A stretch of 64,000 nt of DNA from contig CBDCZH010000015.1 of NCBI GenBank assembly GCA_965224485.1, positions 352,001 to 416,000 on the forward strand, in the 5' to 3' direction. The notes under the pieces are model-generated. The model was given only the letters and a program-made list of their open reading frames with translations, was not told where the DNA came from and ran no database searches. Source of the stretch: Arcobacteraceae bacterium. Lineage in GTDB: Bacteria > Campylobacterota > Campylobacteria > Campylobacterales > Arcobacteraceae. Numbering within the stretch: the first letter of the stretch is position 1; every line of letters begins with the position of its first letter. This document shows, one piece after another, positions 41,418-52,035 of the stretch. The position numbers and the translations under genes were made by a program.

Positions 41418-43325
41418 ATGAAAACATATAATTACACTTTTGTAAATAATCATTTTAAAAAGAGATAGACTATTCACTCTTTAAAAACAAAAAGAATATT
41501 TTAATACAAATATTTTGTGGACAAAATGAAAGTACCTTACAATACCTAAGTAATATCTTACTAGAAAACCTTCCTTTAGCTATTTGTATAGGAACAACAA
41601 CTGATGGAGAAATAAAAGAAGATAAGGTATCAAAGTTAAAAACTATTATATCTATTAGCATTTTTGAGAAAACTACTTTAAAAATAGCAATGATTGAAGG
41701 AAAAGATTCATTTCAAAATGGCTTTTTACTTGCAAAAGAATTAATATCACACAATACTAAACTACTTATTACTTTTACAGATGCAATTATACAAATGCAG
41801 AAGAATATTTAAAAGGAATAGCTAAATTTAACTCTTCTATTATGGTAGCAGGAGGAATGGCTGGAGATAATGGAGCTTTTAAACAAACTTTTATTTCAGC
41901 CTCAACTAAACTAAGTTCTTGTGGAGCTGTTTGTGTTGCTTTGAATTCAGACAGTTTAGAAGTAACAAATGATTATAATTTGATTGGGCTCCTATAGGTT
42001 TAGAGCATGTTATAAATGAGGTTAAAGATAATAGAATTTATTCAATTTCAGGCATGACACCTGTTGATTTTTACAAAAAATATCTAGGAAATTGTGTTTC
42101 TCAAACAGAATTTCCTTTAATAATCAAAAAGAATGGTATTTCAACAGCAAGAGCAGTTTTATCAAAACATTCCTGATGGAAGTTTTTCTTGTGGAGGGAA
42201 TTTAAAAAATGGAGATATCGTTAGAATTGGATTTGGTGATGTTCACTGCATTAATGCAAGAACCACTAAAAGGATTAGAAAAAATTTGCGCAGTTAAAAG
42301 TGAAACATTTTTTATCTATTCTTGTATGGCAAGAAGAAGATTTTTACAAGATTTAATAAGACTTGAAATAGAACCTTTTGCTAAAACTGCTACAACATCA
42401 GGTTTTTTTACCTACTCAGAGTTCTACACATAATGAAAGTTCTTGTGAATATTCTAACGAGCTATTAAATCAAAGTTTTACTATAGTTTCATTAAATGAG
42501 AATTGTGAAAAAAATGCTAAATCAATTAATGATACAATATTAAAAGAAATTAACCATGAAAAAAACTCTTATCCCTAAAACTATTCAAGCTCTAACAAAC
42601 TTGATTCAACAAAGTGCTCTTGATTATGATAAACAATCTCATACTTTGCAAGAGCAAAAAAACTATTCAAATAACTTAGTAAAAAATCAAAGAATGTTTT
42701 TACGGCATGCAGTACATGAAACAAATACTCCTTTATCTGTAATTATGTCGAATATAGAACTTCATGAAATGAGAATTTGGTAAAAGTGAGTACTTATCAA
42801 ATATTGAAGTTGCTTTAAAAAATATTTTCTCAATTTATGATGATTTATCATATTTAATTAAAAAAAATCACATACGTTATCCCTTAGAAAATATTGATTT
42901 AGTTGATTTTATAAGAAGCAGAATTGATTTTTTCTCAAAAATGGCAAAACAGATGAAATCAAAGTTTATTTTGAGGTAAATGCTCCTTATATGGAGATTT
43001 ATTTTAGTGAAACAAAATTACAAAGAATTATTGATAATAATCTTACAAATGCTATAAAATATACTTATGAAGGTGAAGATATCCATGTTCGTTTACAGCA
43101 AATTAATAAAAGTTTTAAATTCTTTGTTTCAAGCCATTCAAAGAAAATTCAAACACACTGAAAAAATATTCGAAGAGTATTATAGAGAAGAAAAATCACA
43201 AGAAGGTTTTGGATTAGGTTTAAATTTAGTTAAACGTATTTGTGATGAAGAAGGAATTATAATAAAAGTTGACTCAGATGAAGAAGACTACTTGTTTTAC
43301 TTATACTTTTAAAGGGAAATTATGA
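41418..43325 (+). pseudogene. FIST-domain cytoplasmic sensor histidine kinase, many frameshifts (probably assembly errors)
   Basis: FIST motifs IGTTTDGEI, VAGGMAGDN, EFPL, YSCMARR, GFFTYSEF; H-box HETNTPLS; N-box DNNLTNAIKY; G-box GFGLGL; no TM segment seen; 3' end approximate. Confidence 0.75.
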
Positions 43326-43985
43326 AAATTTTATTATTAGAAGATGATGTAATGCTAAATAAAGCGATTACTAAATACCTAGAAACCACGGGTCATAGTG
43401 TGAAATATGCAAAAGATGGTAATACGTGTTTAGAAATATTAGATAAACAAAAAGTTTGATCTTTTAATTTTTGATATAAATGTACCAGATATTGATGGTT
43501 TAAGTATTTTAGAAAAATTACATGAGCAAAAAAGAATGGTTCCCCACAATTTTTATATCAGCACTTATTGATATAGAAGATATAGAAAGAGCATTTGAAA
43601 TAGGATGTCATGATTATTTGAAAAAGCCCTTTCATTTAAGAGAATTAACCTTAAGAATTGATAAAATACTAAAAACGAGGACAAGTTCCCATGAGCCATA
43701 AAAGGCTCTCAAAAGCATATAGTTTTGATTAGTGAAAATATGACCTTATATTTTAACAATGAACCACAAATCTTACCAAAAAGACAGTTACAAATAATAG
43801 AATTATTAAGTAATAATAGAAGTTTAGTTTGTAATTATGATATGTTTAGAGATTATGTTTGGAATGATGATTATATAGATAATGCTACAATTAGAGCAGA
43901 AATAAACAGAGTAAAGAAAGTTTTAAAAGAAGATTTCATATCAAACATCAGAGGTATAGGATATATGGTTGAAAGACCACAATGA
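43322..43985 (+). pseudogene. OmpR/PhoB-family response regulator, frameshifted (probably assembly errors)
   Basis: MKILLLEDD, FDINVP, FISA and DYLKKPF receiver motifs; TIRAEINRVKK..IRGIGY winged helix. Confidence 0.8.
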
Positions 43986-44048
43986 TTTTTAGTTGATGGT
44001 TTGTGGGTAATGGTTGATAGTTATAATAAAAAGAATCAAAGGTAGAAA

Positions 44049-44682
44049 ATGGATATTGATACAATTTTAATTTATACTTTGGTCTCATTTTTTTATTATA
44101 ATAAGCCCAGGTCCTGCTGTATTTTTAGCACTAAACAATGGTCTTACCTATGATATGAAAGCAGTATCTTTTTCTTCTTTAGGAAATATATCTGGTCTTT
44201 TTTTATTATCAAGTATTTCAATATCTGGACTTGGAGCTATATTAATAAGTTCATCTTTTTTATTTACCATTGTAAAAATAATTGGAGCACTTTATTTAAT
44301 ATATTTAGGTATAAAACAATTTATTAATGCAAAACATCAAAGTTTAAAAACAAAACAAAATTTAAAAAGTAAAAAAAACTCACATTTTTTTATTGAATCT
44401 TTTTTTATTGCCAGTACAAATCCAAAACCAATAATATTTTTTATTGCATTTTTTCCACAATTTTTGAATTTAAAAAGTGCGATTTTACCTCAATTTTTAA
44501 TCATGACCTTTATTTTTATGTTTATCTCTTTCTTTTCACTACTTGCTTATGGATATATCTCTAAAAATACAAAACGTTACTTTAAAAATGATAAAAATAT
44601 TTCTTATTTTCATAAAATAACTGGAGGCATTTTTATAGGAATGGGATTAATGTTACTAAGGTTAAATAATTCACAAAATTAA
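44049..44682 (+). CDS. LysE/RhtB-family translocator, frameshift near the 5' end
   Basis: SPGPA, KIIGALYLIYLG and TNPK..FF.AFFPQF motifs; ATG at 44049, frame shift near 44088-44103. Confidence 0.8.
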
Positions 44683-44802
44683 AAATACTTCTTTTTTAAT
44701 AATCAAAATCAATGTAAGAATAAAAATTAAAGTAAAAGTAAAACAAATATAAAAGAAAATCTTATGTATACTTCATAAAATAATAAATTCTAAGGAAAAC
44801 AA

Positions 44803-45306
44803 ATGTCAAAAATAGGTATTTTAGTTGCTAGTTCTAACAATAATCAAAAACTTGCTTTAAAAATAGAAGAGCTTGCAAAAAAAGAAAATTGTGAAGTTGA
44901 ATTAATTAATTTAGTAGATTTAAGACTTCCTTTATATAGTACTTTAGAACAAGAAGAAAATGGCATTCCACAAGTTGCCAAAGATTTAGCTACAAAAATT
45001 TTAGACTTAAAAGCTTTTATTATTGTTGCTCCTGAATATAATGGTGTTATGCCTTCTGTTTTAAATAATGCTATGGCTTGGACTTCAGTTTCAACTGATA
45101 ATTGGAGAGATGCTTTTAAACAAAAAGTTGTTGCACTTGCTACGCACAGTGGTGGTGGTGGAGCTAAAGGTTTACAAGCTATGAGAATTATGTTTCAACA
45201 CCTAGGTGCAAATATTTTAGCAAGAGAAATTTTAACTACTTATGAAATACCTTTAAAAGAAGAAAGTGCTATTAATATAATACAACAATTAAAAAAATTA
45301 TCATAA
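44803..45306 (+). CDS. NADPH-dependent FMN reductase family protein
   Basis: APEYNG..P..LNNA..W and SGGGG motifs. Confidence 0.85.
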   Translation: MSKIGILVASSNNNQKLALKIEELAKKENCEVELINLVDLRLPLYSTLEQEENGIPQVAKDLATKILDLKAFIIVAPEYNGVMPSVLNNAMAWTSVSTDNWRDAFKQKVVALATHSGGGGAKGLQAMRIMFQHLGANILAREILTTYEIPLKEESAINIIQQLKKLS

Positions 45307-45329
45307 AAAAGAGCCTTTAGGCTCTTTTT
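45306..45329. terminator. Bidirectional intrinsic terminator
   Basis: aaaaagagcc-ttta-ggctcttttt between convergent genes. Confidence 0.8.
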
Positions 45330-45337
45330 ATTTAAAA

Positions 45338-46465
45338 TTATTTTTCATTAATAAATATTAGTGAATTCTTTTTATTTCTATATAAAGGTATTTTATTCAT
45401 ATCTTTTAAGGAATCTTTTACTAAATCTTGTAACTCTTCATGATGTGGAGATTTTGAACAAACAGGATCAGTTGCTTTCATGTTTTTTGTTAAAGCATAT
45501 GCCTGACATCTACAGCCTCCAAAATCTTTCTCTTTTTCAGGACAGCTTTTACAAGGATCTGGCATCCAATCATCACCTCTAAAAAAATTAAAAGCTTCTG
45601 AATCATTCCATATCTCTTTTATTGAAAAGTCTTTTACATTTGGAAACTCTAGGGGTAAAGTATTAGCTGTATTACAAGGCAAAGCATTTCCATCTGGATT
45701 AATTGTTAGAAATGTTGTGCCCCAGCCGTTCATACAGGGTTTTGGTCTTTGCTCAAAATAATCAGGAACTACAAAAAATACTTTCATATCAGGTCTTTTT
45801 TCTCTATAATAATCAACAGTAATTTTAGCTTGAATTAATTGCTCTTTTGTAGGTAAAAGGGAAGCTACATTCTCTAAAGCCCAACCATAATATTGAATAT
45901 TTGCAATTTCTAAATAATTAGCCCCTAAGCTCTCAGCAAATTCAATAATATCACCAATTTGATGAATATTCTGTCTTGTAATACAGGTATTAATAATTAG
46001 CTGTAAACCTTCTTCTTTTATCTCTTTTGCAATTTGAAGTTTTTTATCATAAGCACTTTTATTATTAGTAATTAAAGTCATAGTATTTCTATCATGAGAT
46101 TGAATTCCTAACTGAACTGTTTTAAGTCCTGCCTTTTTTAGTTTTTTTATAATTCCTTCTTCTCCTCCAACACCAGAAGTAATTAAATTTGTATAAAACT
46201 TTAAATCATTTGCTTTTTTTACAATTTGCACAATATCTTTATTAAGTAATGGCTCTCCTCCTGAGATACCTAATTGAACTGCTCCCATTTCTCTTGCTTC
46301 TTGCATTACTCTAAACCAGTCTTCTTTACTCATAGAATCTTTTGTATTTGCAAAATCTAATTGGTTATAACAGTATGTACACTCTAGGGGACATTTATGA
46401 GTTAGTTCTAAAAGTATCCATAAAGGTGGTTTTATTATATTTTTGTCTATAAAATCATTTTTCAT
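45338..46465 (-). CDS. pqqE: PqqA peptide cyclase (radical SAM/SPASM)
   Basis: PPLW..ELTHKCPLECTYCYN, SGGEPL, QYYGWA, CMNGWG and DFGGCRCQA motifs. Confidence 0.95.
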   Translation of the reverse strand: MKNDFIDKNIIKPPLWILLELTHKCPLECTYCYNQLDFANTKDSMSKEDWFRVMQEAREMGAVQLGISGGEPLLNKDIVQIVKKANDLKFYTNLITSGVGGEEGIIKKLKKAGLKTVQLGIQSHDRNTMTLITNNKSAYDKKLQIAKEIKEEGLQLIINTCITRQNIHQIGDIIEFAESLGANYLEIANIQYYGWALENVASLLPTKEQLIQAKITVDYYREKRPDMKVFFVVPDYFEQRPKPCMNGWGTTFLTINPDGNALPCNTANTLPLEFPNVKDFSIKEIWNDSEAFNFFRGDDWMPDPCKSCPEKEKDFGGCRCQAYALTKNMKATDPVCSKSPHHEELQDLVKDSLKDMNKIPLYRNKKNSLIFINEK

Positions 46466-46724
46466 ATTTAATCCACCCTCTGTTCATAGCTTCATCTAAA
46501 AAAGTACAAATATCTTTTATTAAGTTTTCTGTTTCAAATTTTTTTTCTAACATTTCACTTATAGCTAAAGCTGAATTTTTCCCGTTACATAAATTCATAA
46601 TTTCACCAGCACTTTTATTTAGTTGAACCATTCCTTCTGGATATAGAAGAACAAAACAATTTTGTTTTTCTTCAAATTGTAATTGAAAATGATTATTTAC
46701 TTGTAATAATTGTTCTTGTTGCAT
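46455..46724 (-). CDS. pqqD: PQQ peptide chaperone
   Basis: [20 protein letters not shown] motif. Confidence 0.93.
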   Translation of the reverse strand: MQQEQLLQVNNHFQLQFEEKQNCFVLLYPEGMVQLNKSAGEIMNLCNGKNSALAISEMLEKKFETENLIKDICTFLDEAMNRGWIKYEK

Positions 46725-47448
46725 GACAATCCTTTATATTAAAATATGGAGGTCTTTTTAATTCGTAGGCTAAGTATAAAGCATCACACATAGTCCATAA
46801 AATATCTAATTTAAATTGCAAAATTTCACAGGCTTTATTTTGAAGCTCAACAGTATTAAATTCTTCTAAAGTAATTTCTAAACCATGTTCAACATCTCGT
46901 CTAGCCTCAGACAATCTTTTTTGAAAATATCTTAAACCTTCATCTTTAATCCAAGGATAATGTTTAGGCCAAGTATCTAAGCGTTGCTGATGTATTTGTG
47001 GTGCAAACATTTCTGTTAGTGAGCTCATTGAAGCTTCCTTCCATGTAGCTCTTCTTGCAAAGTTTATATATGCATCAACGGCAAATCTAACAGAAGGCAA
47101 AACAAATTTATGCTCTAATAAATCTTCTTTTTTTAATCCAACTGCCTCCCCTAGCTCCAACCAAGCTTCTATTCCACCACCAACACTATCATGATCTACA
47201 ATTCTTTGTATCCATTTTCTTCTATGTTCTATTGGAGGATTATTAGACATAATAGCTGCATCTTTAATTGGAATTGCACTTTGATAATAAAACCTATTTG
47301 CTACCCATCCTTGTATTTCTTCTTTAGAACACTGTCCTTTATACATTCTTACATGAAAAGGATGATGAATATGATACATACAGCCCATATCTCTAAGTTT
47401 GTTCTCAAAATCTTTTTTACTTAATAATATATTCATTTTTTTTGTCAT
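46693..47448 (-). CDS. pqqC: PQQ synthase
   Basis: [39 protein letters not shown] and FKLDILW motifs. Confidence 0.95.
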   Translation of the reverse strand: MTKKMNILLSKKDFENKLRDMGCMYHIHHPFHVRMYKGQCSKEEIQGWVANRFYYQSAIPIKDAAIMSNNPPIEHRRKWIQRIVDHDSVGGGIEAWLELGEAVGLKKEDLLEHKFVLPSVRFAVDAYINFARRATWKEASMSSLTEMFAPQIHQQRLDTWPKHYPWIKDEGLRYFQKRLSEARRDVEHGLEITLEEFNTVELQNKACEILQFKLDILWTMCDALYLAYELKRPPYFNIKDCHATRTIITSK

Positions 47449-47457
47449 TTTATTTCC

Positions 47458-48378
47458 TTATATATCTATTCTCATACCATCATAAGAAATTTCTATTCCA
47501 TGAGAAATTAACTGTGCATATTCTTTTGTGCTTTCATCTAAAATTGGATTTGTATTATTAATATGGATTAAAATCTTTCTAGGTTTTTCTAAGGTATCTA
47601 ATACTTTAATTAAACCATTAGGACCATTTAAAGGAACATGTCCCATATCAGTTCCTAATTTATTTGAGAATTTTCCTTTTATCATTTCATCATTAGTCCA
47701 CAATGTTCCTTCCAATAATAAAACATCAGCTTTTTTCATTTCATCAATAATATGGTCTTGCAAAACTCCAAGACCTGGCAAATAAAATAGTCTTTTTTGT
47801 GTCTTAATATTTACAACTGTAATTCCAATATTATCCCCGCTTCGTGGTTTATCTCTAAAGATAGAATAAGGTGGGGCATTTGAAATTAGAGCATGGGCAG
47901 AAAACTCATGATTTGGCATAACTGGAATTAAAAACTTTGAGGCATTTGCTAAGATTTCATTATATTTAACCCCTCCCCCATTCCATGATTCAAGCATTTT
48001 AAATAAAGGAAAAGATGTGTTTAATTCTTCATTAACTTCTTTTGTACAATACACTTCATGTGGACATCCTTCTCTTAAACCAAGAAGTCCTGTTGTATGA
48101 TCTATTTGAGCATCCATAAAAACAATAGCTTTAATTGTGTTTTCTCTTAGCTTTTTAGGATGTAAAAAAACTGAATTGTGAATTTGCTCTAGAATATCAG
48201 GAGAGGCATTAAATAAAATCCAATTTATTCCATCTTCACTTAAAGTGATTGAACTTTGAGTTCTTCTTATAACTGTAGATTTTCCTTCTCTATAAGCCTT
48301 ACAATTTGAACAATTACAATTAAATTGAGGTAAACCTCCTCCAGCACTAGAACCTAAAACTTCGATTCTCATTTTCAC
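47458..48378 (-). CDS. pqqB: PQQ biosynthesis protein B
   Basis: LGSSAGGGLPQFNCNCSNC, RTQSS, NASPD, MGH and IHINNTNP motifs. Confidence 0.95.
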   Translation of the reverse strand: MKMRIEVLGSSAGGGLPQFNCNCSNCKAYREGKSTVIRRTQSSITLSEDGINWILFNASPDILEQIHNSVFLHPKKLRENTIKAIVFMDAQIDHTTGLLGLREGCPHEVYCTKEVNEELNTSFPLFKMLESWNGGGVKYNEILANASKFLIPVMPNHEFSAHALISNAPPYSIFRDKPRSGDNIGITVVNIKTQKRLFYLPGLGVLQDHIIDEMKKADVLLLEGTLWTNDEMIKGKFSNKLGTDMGHVPLNGPNGLIKVLDTLEKPRKILIHINNTNPILDESTKEYAQLISHGIEISYDGMRIDI

Positions 48379-48437
48379 TCCTTTTACATTGGGCTAATTT
48401 TTATTAAAAAGTTTCCTAACTTCTTAATAAAAACTAT

Positions 48438-48463
48438 AAAAGAGCAGAAAATTCTGCTCTTTA
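48438..48463 (-). terminator. Stem-loop between pqqA and pqqB
   Basis: agagcaga-aaat-tctgctct (48441-48460) with A/T flanks, just after the pqqA stop. Confidence 0.7.
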
Positions 48464-48468
48464 TTGTT

Positions 48469-48543
48469 TTATGTAGTACAAATATACATTGTTACTTCAA
48501 AACCAAATCTATTATCTACAAATTCTGGTGTTTCCCATTTCAT
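48469..48543 (-). CDS. pqqA: PQQ precursor peptide, MKWETPEFVDNRFGFEVTMYICTT
   Basis: Read by hand: 24 aa with W-x-x-P and E-x3-Y (EVTMY); AAGGAG RBS; directly upstream of pqqB. Confidence 0.95.
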   Translation of the reverse strand: MKWETPEFVDNRFGFEVTMYICTT

Positions 48544-48565
48544 AAGATCTCCTTTTTTAGATTTT

Positions 48566-50375
48566 TTATTTTTTTACCGTTCTTGCTTTATGTAATTTAA
48601 ACACATGAACAGTTCCACCTTGATTTAAATACTTCACAGTTTTCGCAACTTCACCACCCCATAAAGGAACAGCTCCACCCCAACCTGAAACAACTGAAAT
48701 ATATTGTTCACCATTTTGCATCCATGTAATAGGCGAGCTTACTATTCCAGATCCTGTTTGGAATGAGTATAAAACTTCACCAGTTTCATCATCAAGTGCT
48801 AAGAATTTACCCTCTGGTGTTCCTGTAAATACTAGACCACCAGCAGTTGCTAAAACACCAGCCCATAAAGGAGCATTATTTTTATAAATCCATTTGATTT
48901 TTCCAGTAACTGGGTCAATTGCTTTTAAAGCACCAATATGATCTTCATATATTGGTTTTATTGTAAACCCAGCACCCATATAAGCTGCACCTTTTTTATA
49001 AGTAGCTGCTTTATTCCAAATATCCATTCCCCACTCATTAGCAGGAACATAAAATAATCCTGTTTTTTGTGAATAAGCCATTGGATTCCAGTTTTTCCCA
49101 CCTAAGAAAGAAGGTACTGCAAATACTGATTTTCCTTCTTTACCCATATTTGGTTTACCTGGACGGTTATCTTCATTAAATATAGGACGACCATTTTCAT
49201 CCATGCCTTTAGCCCAAGTGATTTTGTCAACAAAAGGAAGTGATCTAATATATTTTCCATTAAGTCTATTTAAAACATAAAAGAATCCATTTTTATCAGC
49301 TGTTGCTCCTGCTTTAATAATTTTTTCCATTTTCTTCATATTCAAATAAAACTAATTCTGAAATACCATCATAATCCCAACCATCATTAGGAGTTGTTTG
49401 AAAATGCCAAACTATTTTTCCAGTATCTGGATTAATTGCTACTCTTGAAGCAGAATATAAGTTATCCCCTGGTCTTTCATGTGAGTTCCAAGGAGCAGGA
49501 TTTCCTGTTGGAACATAAATTAAATCAGCATCAGGATCATAAGTAACTCCATTCCATGGTGCAGCTCCACCGTGTCTCCAAATATCTCCTGGCCAAGTGG
49601 CATTTGTAACTCCTGTAATTCCATTCTCTTTACCGTTTAAGTAACCCATATGTCCTTCAACCATAGGTCTTGACCAAATAAGCTCACCTGTTAAAGGATT
49701 TCTAGCATCAAGTTTTCCAACAACTCCAAACTCGCCACCAGAATTTCCAGTAATCAATAAATCTTTTACAATTAAAGGAGCTGCTGTATAAGAATAACCT
49801 TCTTTATAATTAGCAATTTTCTTTTTCCATCTAACTTTTCCAGTTTTACGGTCAAGGGCCACAAGTTTTGCATCAAGTGTTCCAAAAATTACTAAATCCT
49901 TATATAAAGCAGCACCTCTATTAATTACATCACAACAAGGTAAAATATCACCTGGTAATCGTGCATCATATTGCCATATTTCATCACCGTTTAAAGTATT
50001 AATTGCATATATTCTAGAATATGATCCAGTTACATACATAACCCCATCTTTTACTAAAGCTTGTGATTCTTGACCTCTTTGTTTTTCGCCACCAAAAGAA
50101 AAGTTCCATACAGGAACTAAGTTTTTTACACTATTTTTATTGATATCACTAATAGGTGAATATCTTTGTGCTTTTTGACCTAAACCATAAGACACAACAT
50201 CATTTACTGTTTTTGAATCATTTAAAATATCAGAATATTTCACATCTTCAAAACCAGGTTCTATAAGCATTTGGCTTTTAGCATCATTTGACATACTATT
50301 TAAAGCACAACCACTAATTAATACAGCTCCCATAATAAGTACTGCACTTTTTAGTAAATGTTTTTTTAACATCAT
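48566..50375 (-). CDS. pedH: PQQ-dependent alcohol dehydrogenase, PedH/ExaF (lanthanide) type, one frameshift
   Basis: [44 protein letters not shown] and [10 protein letters not shown] motifs; removing one T from the T6 run at 49321-49326 joins ORFs 49314..50375 and 48566..49345. Confidence 0.88.
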
Positions 50376-50429
50376 CTTCTCCTTCGTTTTTTTCTACTCG
50401 CAAATAAACAACAAAGCGCGCATATTCTG

Positions 50430-50461
50430 AGTATACATAAGCTATATAGCGTGAATATAGG
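50430..50461 (-). promoter_or_regulatory. Alcohol-regulon promoter (pedH-pqqABCDE)
   Basis: Sense strand CCTATA-ttcac-GCTATA-N9-TATACT. Confidence 0.75.
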
Positions 50462-50491
50462 TAAAAAAAATATCTTAGTTTAGGAAAATTA

Positions 50492-51280
50492 TTATTTGTG
50501 TTTAGAACTTGTTCTTTTAGATTTATATCCCAAAAAAGCAAGACTTAGACTAGTTATAAACAAAATTATAAGTATGAAGAAATTAGAAGCATCAAATTTT
50601 AAATAAAGAGTAAAACGAATAAATTCTACTATATATGAAAAAGGATTATAAGAAGAAAGATTATATAAAAGAAGTGAAGAGTCTTTTATTTTCCATAAAG
50701 GATATAAAGCAGAAGACATAAAAAACATAGGGAAAATTACAAAATTCATAACAGAAGAAAAATTCTCTAATTGTTTTATAACAGAAGAGATAAACAAAGC
50801 AAGAGCATTTAAGATAATTGAAGTAAATAAAATAACAGGAAGAAGGAAGATATAAGCTAAAGCTTGCATTTGAACCCCATAAAAATAAGCAATAAGTAAA
50901 AAAGAAAATACTTGTATGCTTGAAACAATAGCTGTTGCTAACATTTTACAAAAAAGCAAATAATTCCTTGAGATATGAGAGCTTAGGAGAATTTTCATAG
51001 AACCCATCTCTCTATCAAATAACATTGATAAGGAACTTTGCATACCATTAAATAACATTATCATTCCTACAAGACCTGGTACTATATATGTTTCATAAGT
51101 AATATAAGTTTCATAAGGAGGAATAATAGCAAGTCCTAAGGCAGCTTTAAAACCAATTGAAAAGATAAAAAGCCATAATAAAGGACGAACAAGAGCAGAA
51201 ATGAATCTTGATTTTTGTTTTATAAATCGCAATAATTCTTTATATATAATTCCTAAAGCACAATAATATAAGGTTTTCAT
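50492..51280 (-). CDS. ABC-2 permease of PQQ-ADH system (PedC-like)
   Basis: RFISALVRPLLWLF, PPYETYITYETYIVPGL, DREMGSM and QLENF..VMNFVIFPMFF motifs. Confidence 0.85.
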   Translation of the reverse strand: MKTLYYCALGIIYKELLRFIKQKSRFISALVRPLLWLFIFSIGFKAALGLAIIPPYETYITYETYIVPGLVGMIMLFNGMQSSLSMLFDREMGSMKILLSSHISRNYLLFCKMLATAIVSSIQVFSFLLIAYFYGVQMQALAYIFLLPVILFTSIILNALALFISSVIKQLENFSSVMNFVIFPMFFMSSALYPLWKIKDSSLLLYNLSSYNPFSYIVEFIRFTLYLKFDASNFFILIILFITSLSLAFLGYKSKRTSSKHK

Positions 51281-51300
51281 ATTTTCATCTTTTCATCTTT

Positions 51301-52035
51301 TTACTTTGTTAAAAATTCAAAAACTTCACTTAAAGAAGTTTTATTATGTTTTGAGATTATTTCATGTAAAATTCCATTTTCAATAATCTCTCCTTTTTTT
51401 ATAATAGTTACCTCATCAGAAGTCATAACTTCATCAAAAAGATGAGTTATCCATAAAACAGATATATCTCTTTGTTTTATAAGTTCTCTTACATAAGAAA
51501 TAATTTCAAAACGAGATTTAACATCAAGGCCAACAGTAGGCTCATCTAAGAGTAAAATTTTAGGTTCATTGATTAAAGCCCTTAAAATTTCAACTCTTCT
51601 TCTATGACCTTGGTTTAACTCTCTTAAAGAAGTATCAAGTTTATCTTCTAAGGAAAAAATCTTAAGTTCTTGTTTAATAGAAGCTAAGGTTTCTTTAAAA
51701 CTAAGACCTTGCATACAACCATAATAATATAAATTTTGTCTAAGGCTTAAGTCTAAATCCAAAGTAGATTCTTGAAAAACAATACCTACATTCTGTAAGG
51801 CCTGCTTATAGTTTTTAATATCATGTCCATTTATACTAAGACTTCCTTCTTGTAAAGATAGAAGTCTTGTTATTAAAGAAAATATAGTTGATTTTCCAGC
51901 CCCATTTAAACCTAAAAGGACAAAAAAACTTTTCTTTTTAATCTTTATATTTATATTCTTAAGAACTACATCTTTTTCATATTTATATGATATATTTTCT
52001 AGTTTTAAAGCACAATCCATTTTAATCTTTAGCAA
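51301..52035 (-). CDS. ABC ATPase of PQQ-ADH system (PedB-like)
   Basis: GLNGAGKSTIFSLITRL, LNQGHRRRVEI, DEPTVGLD and VLWITHL motifs. Confidence 0.85.
   Translation of the reverse strand: MLKIKMDCALKLENISYKYEKDVVLKNINIKIKKKSFFVLLGLNGAGKSTIFSLITRLLSLQEGSLSINGHDIKNYKQALQNVGIVFQESTLDLDLSLRQNLYYYGCMQGLSFKETLASIKQELKIFSLEDKLDTSLRELNQGHRRRVEILRALINEPKILLLDEPTVGLDVKSRFEIISYVRELIKQRDISVLWITHLFDEVMTSDEVTIIKKGEIIENGILHEIISKHNKTSLSEVFEFLTK

Noticed and set aside
44049..45306. LysE exporter and FMN reductase as members of the alcohol regulon
   Set aside because: I found no GCTATA repeat upstream of either; proximity alone is not enough
45338..48543. Radical SAM enzyme plus small peptide as a novel RiPP cluster
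   Set aside because: All components match canonical PQQ biosynthesis (PqqA ExxxY, PqqB-E)
49321..49326. Phase variation or programmed frameshifting in pedH
   Set aside because: The run is only 6 nt of A/T, and similar shifts hit pabB and argD; sequencing error is the simpler explanation
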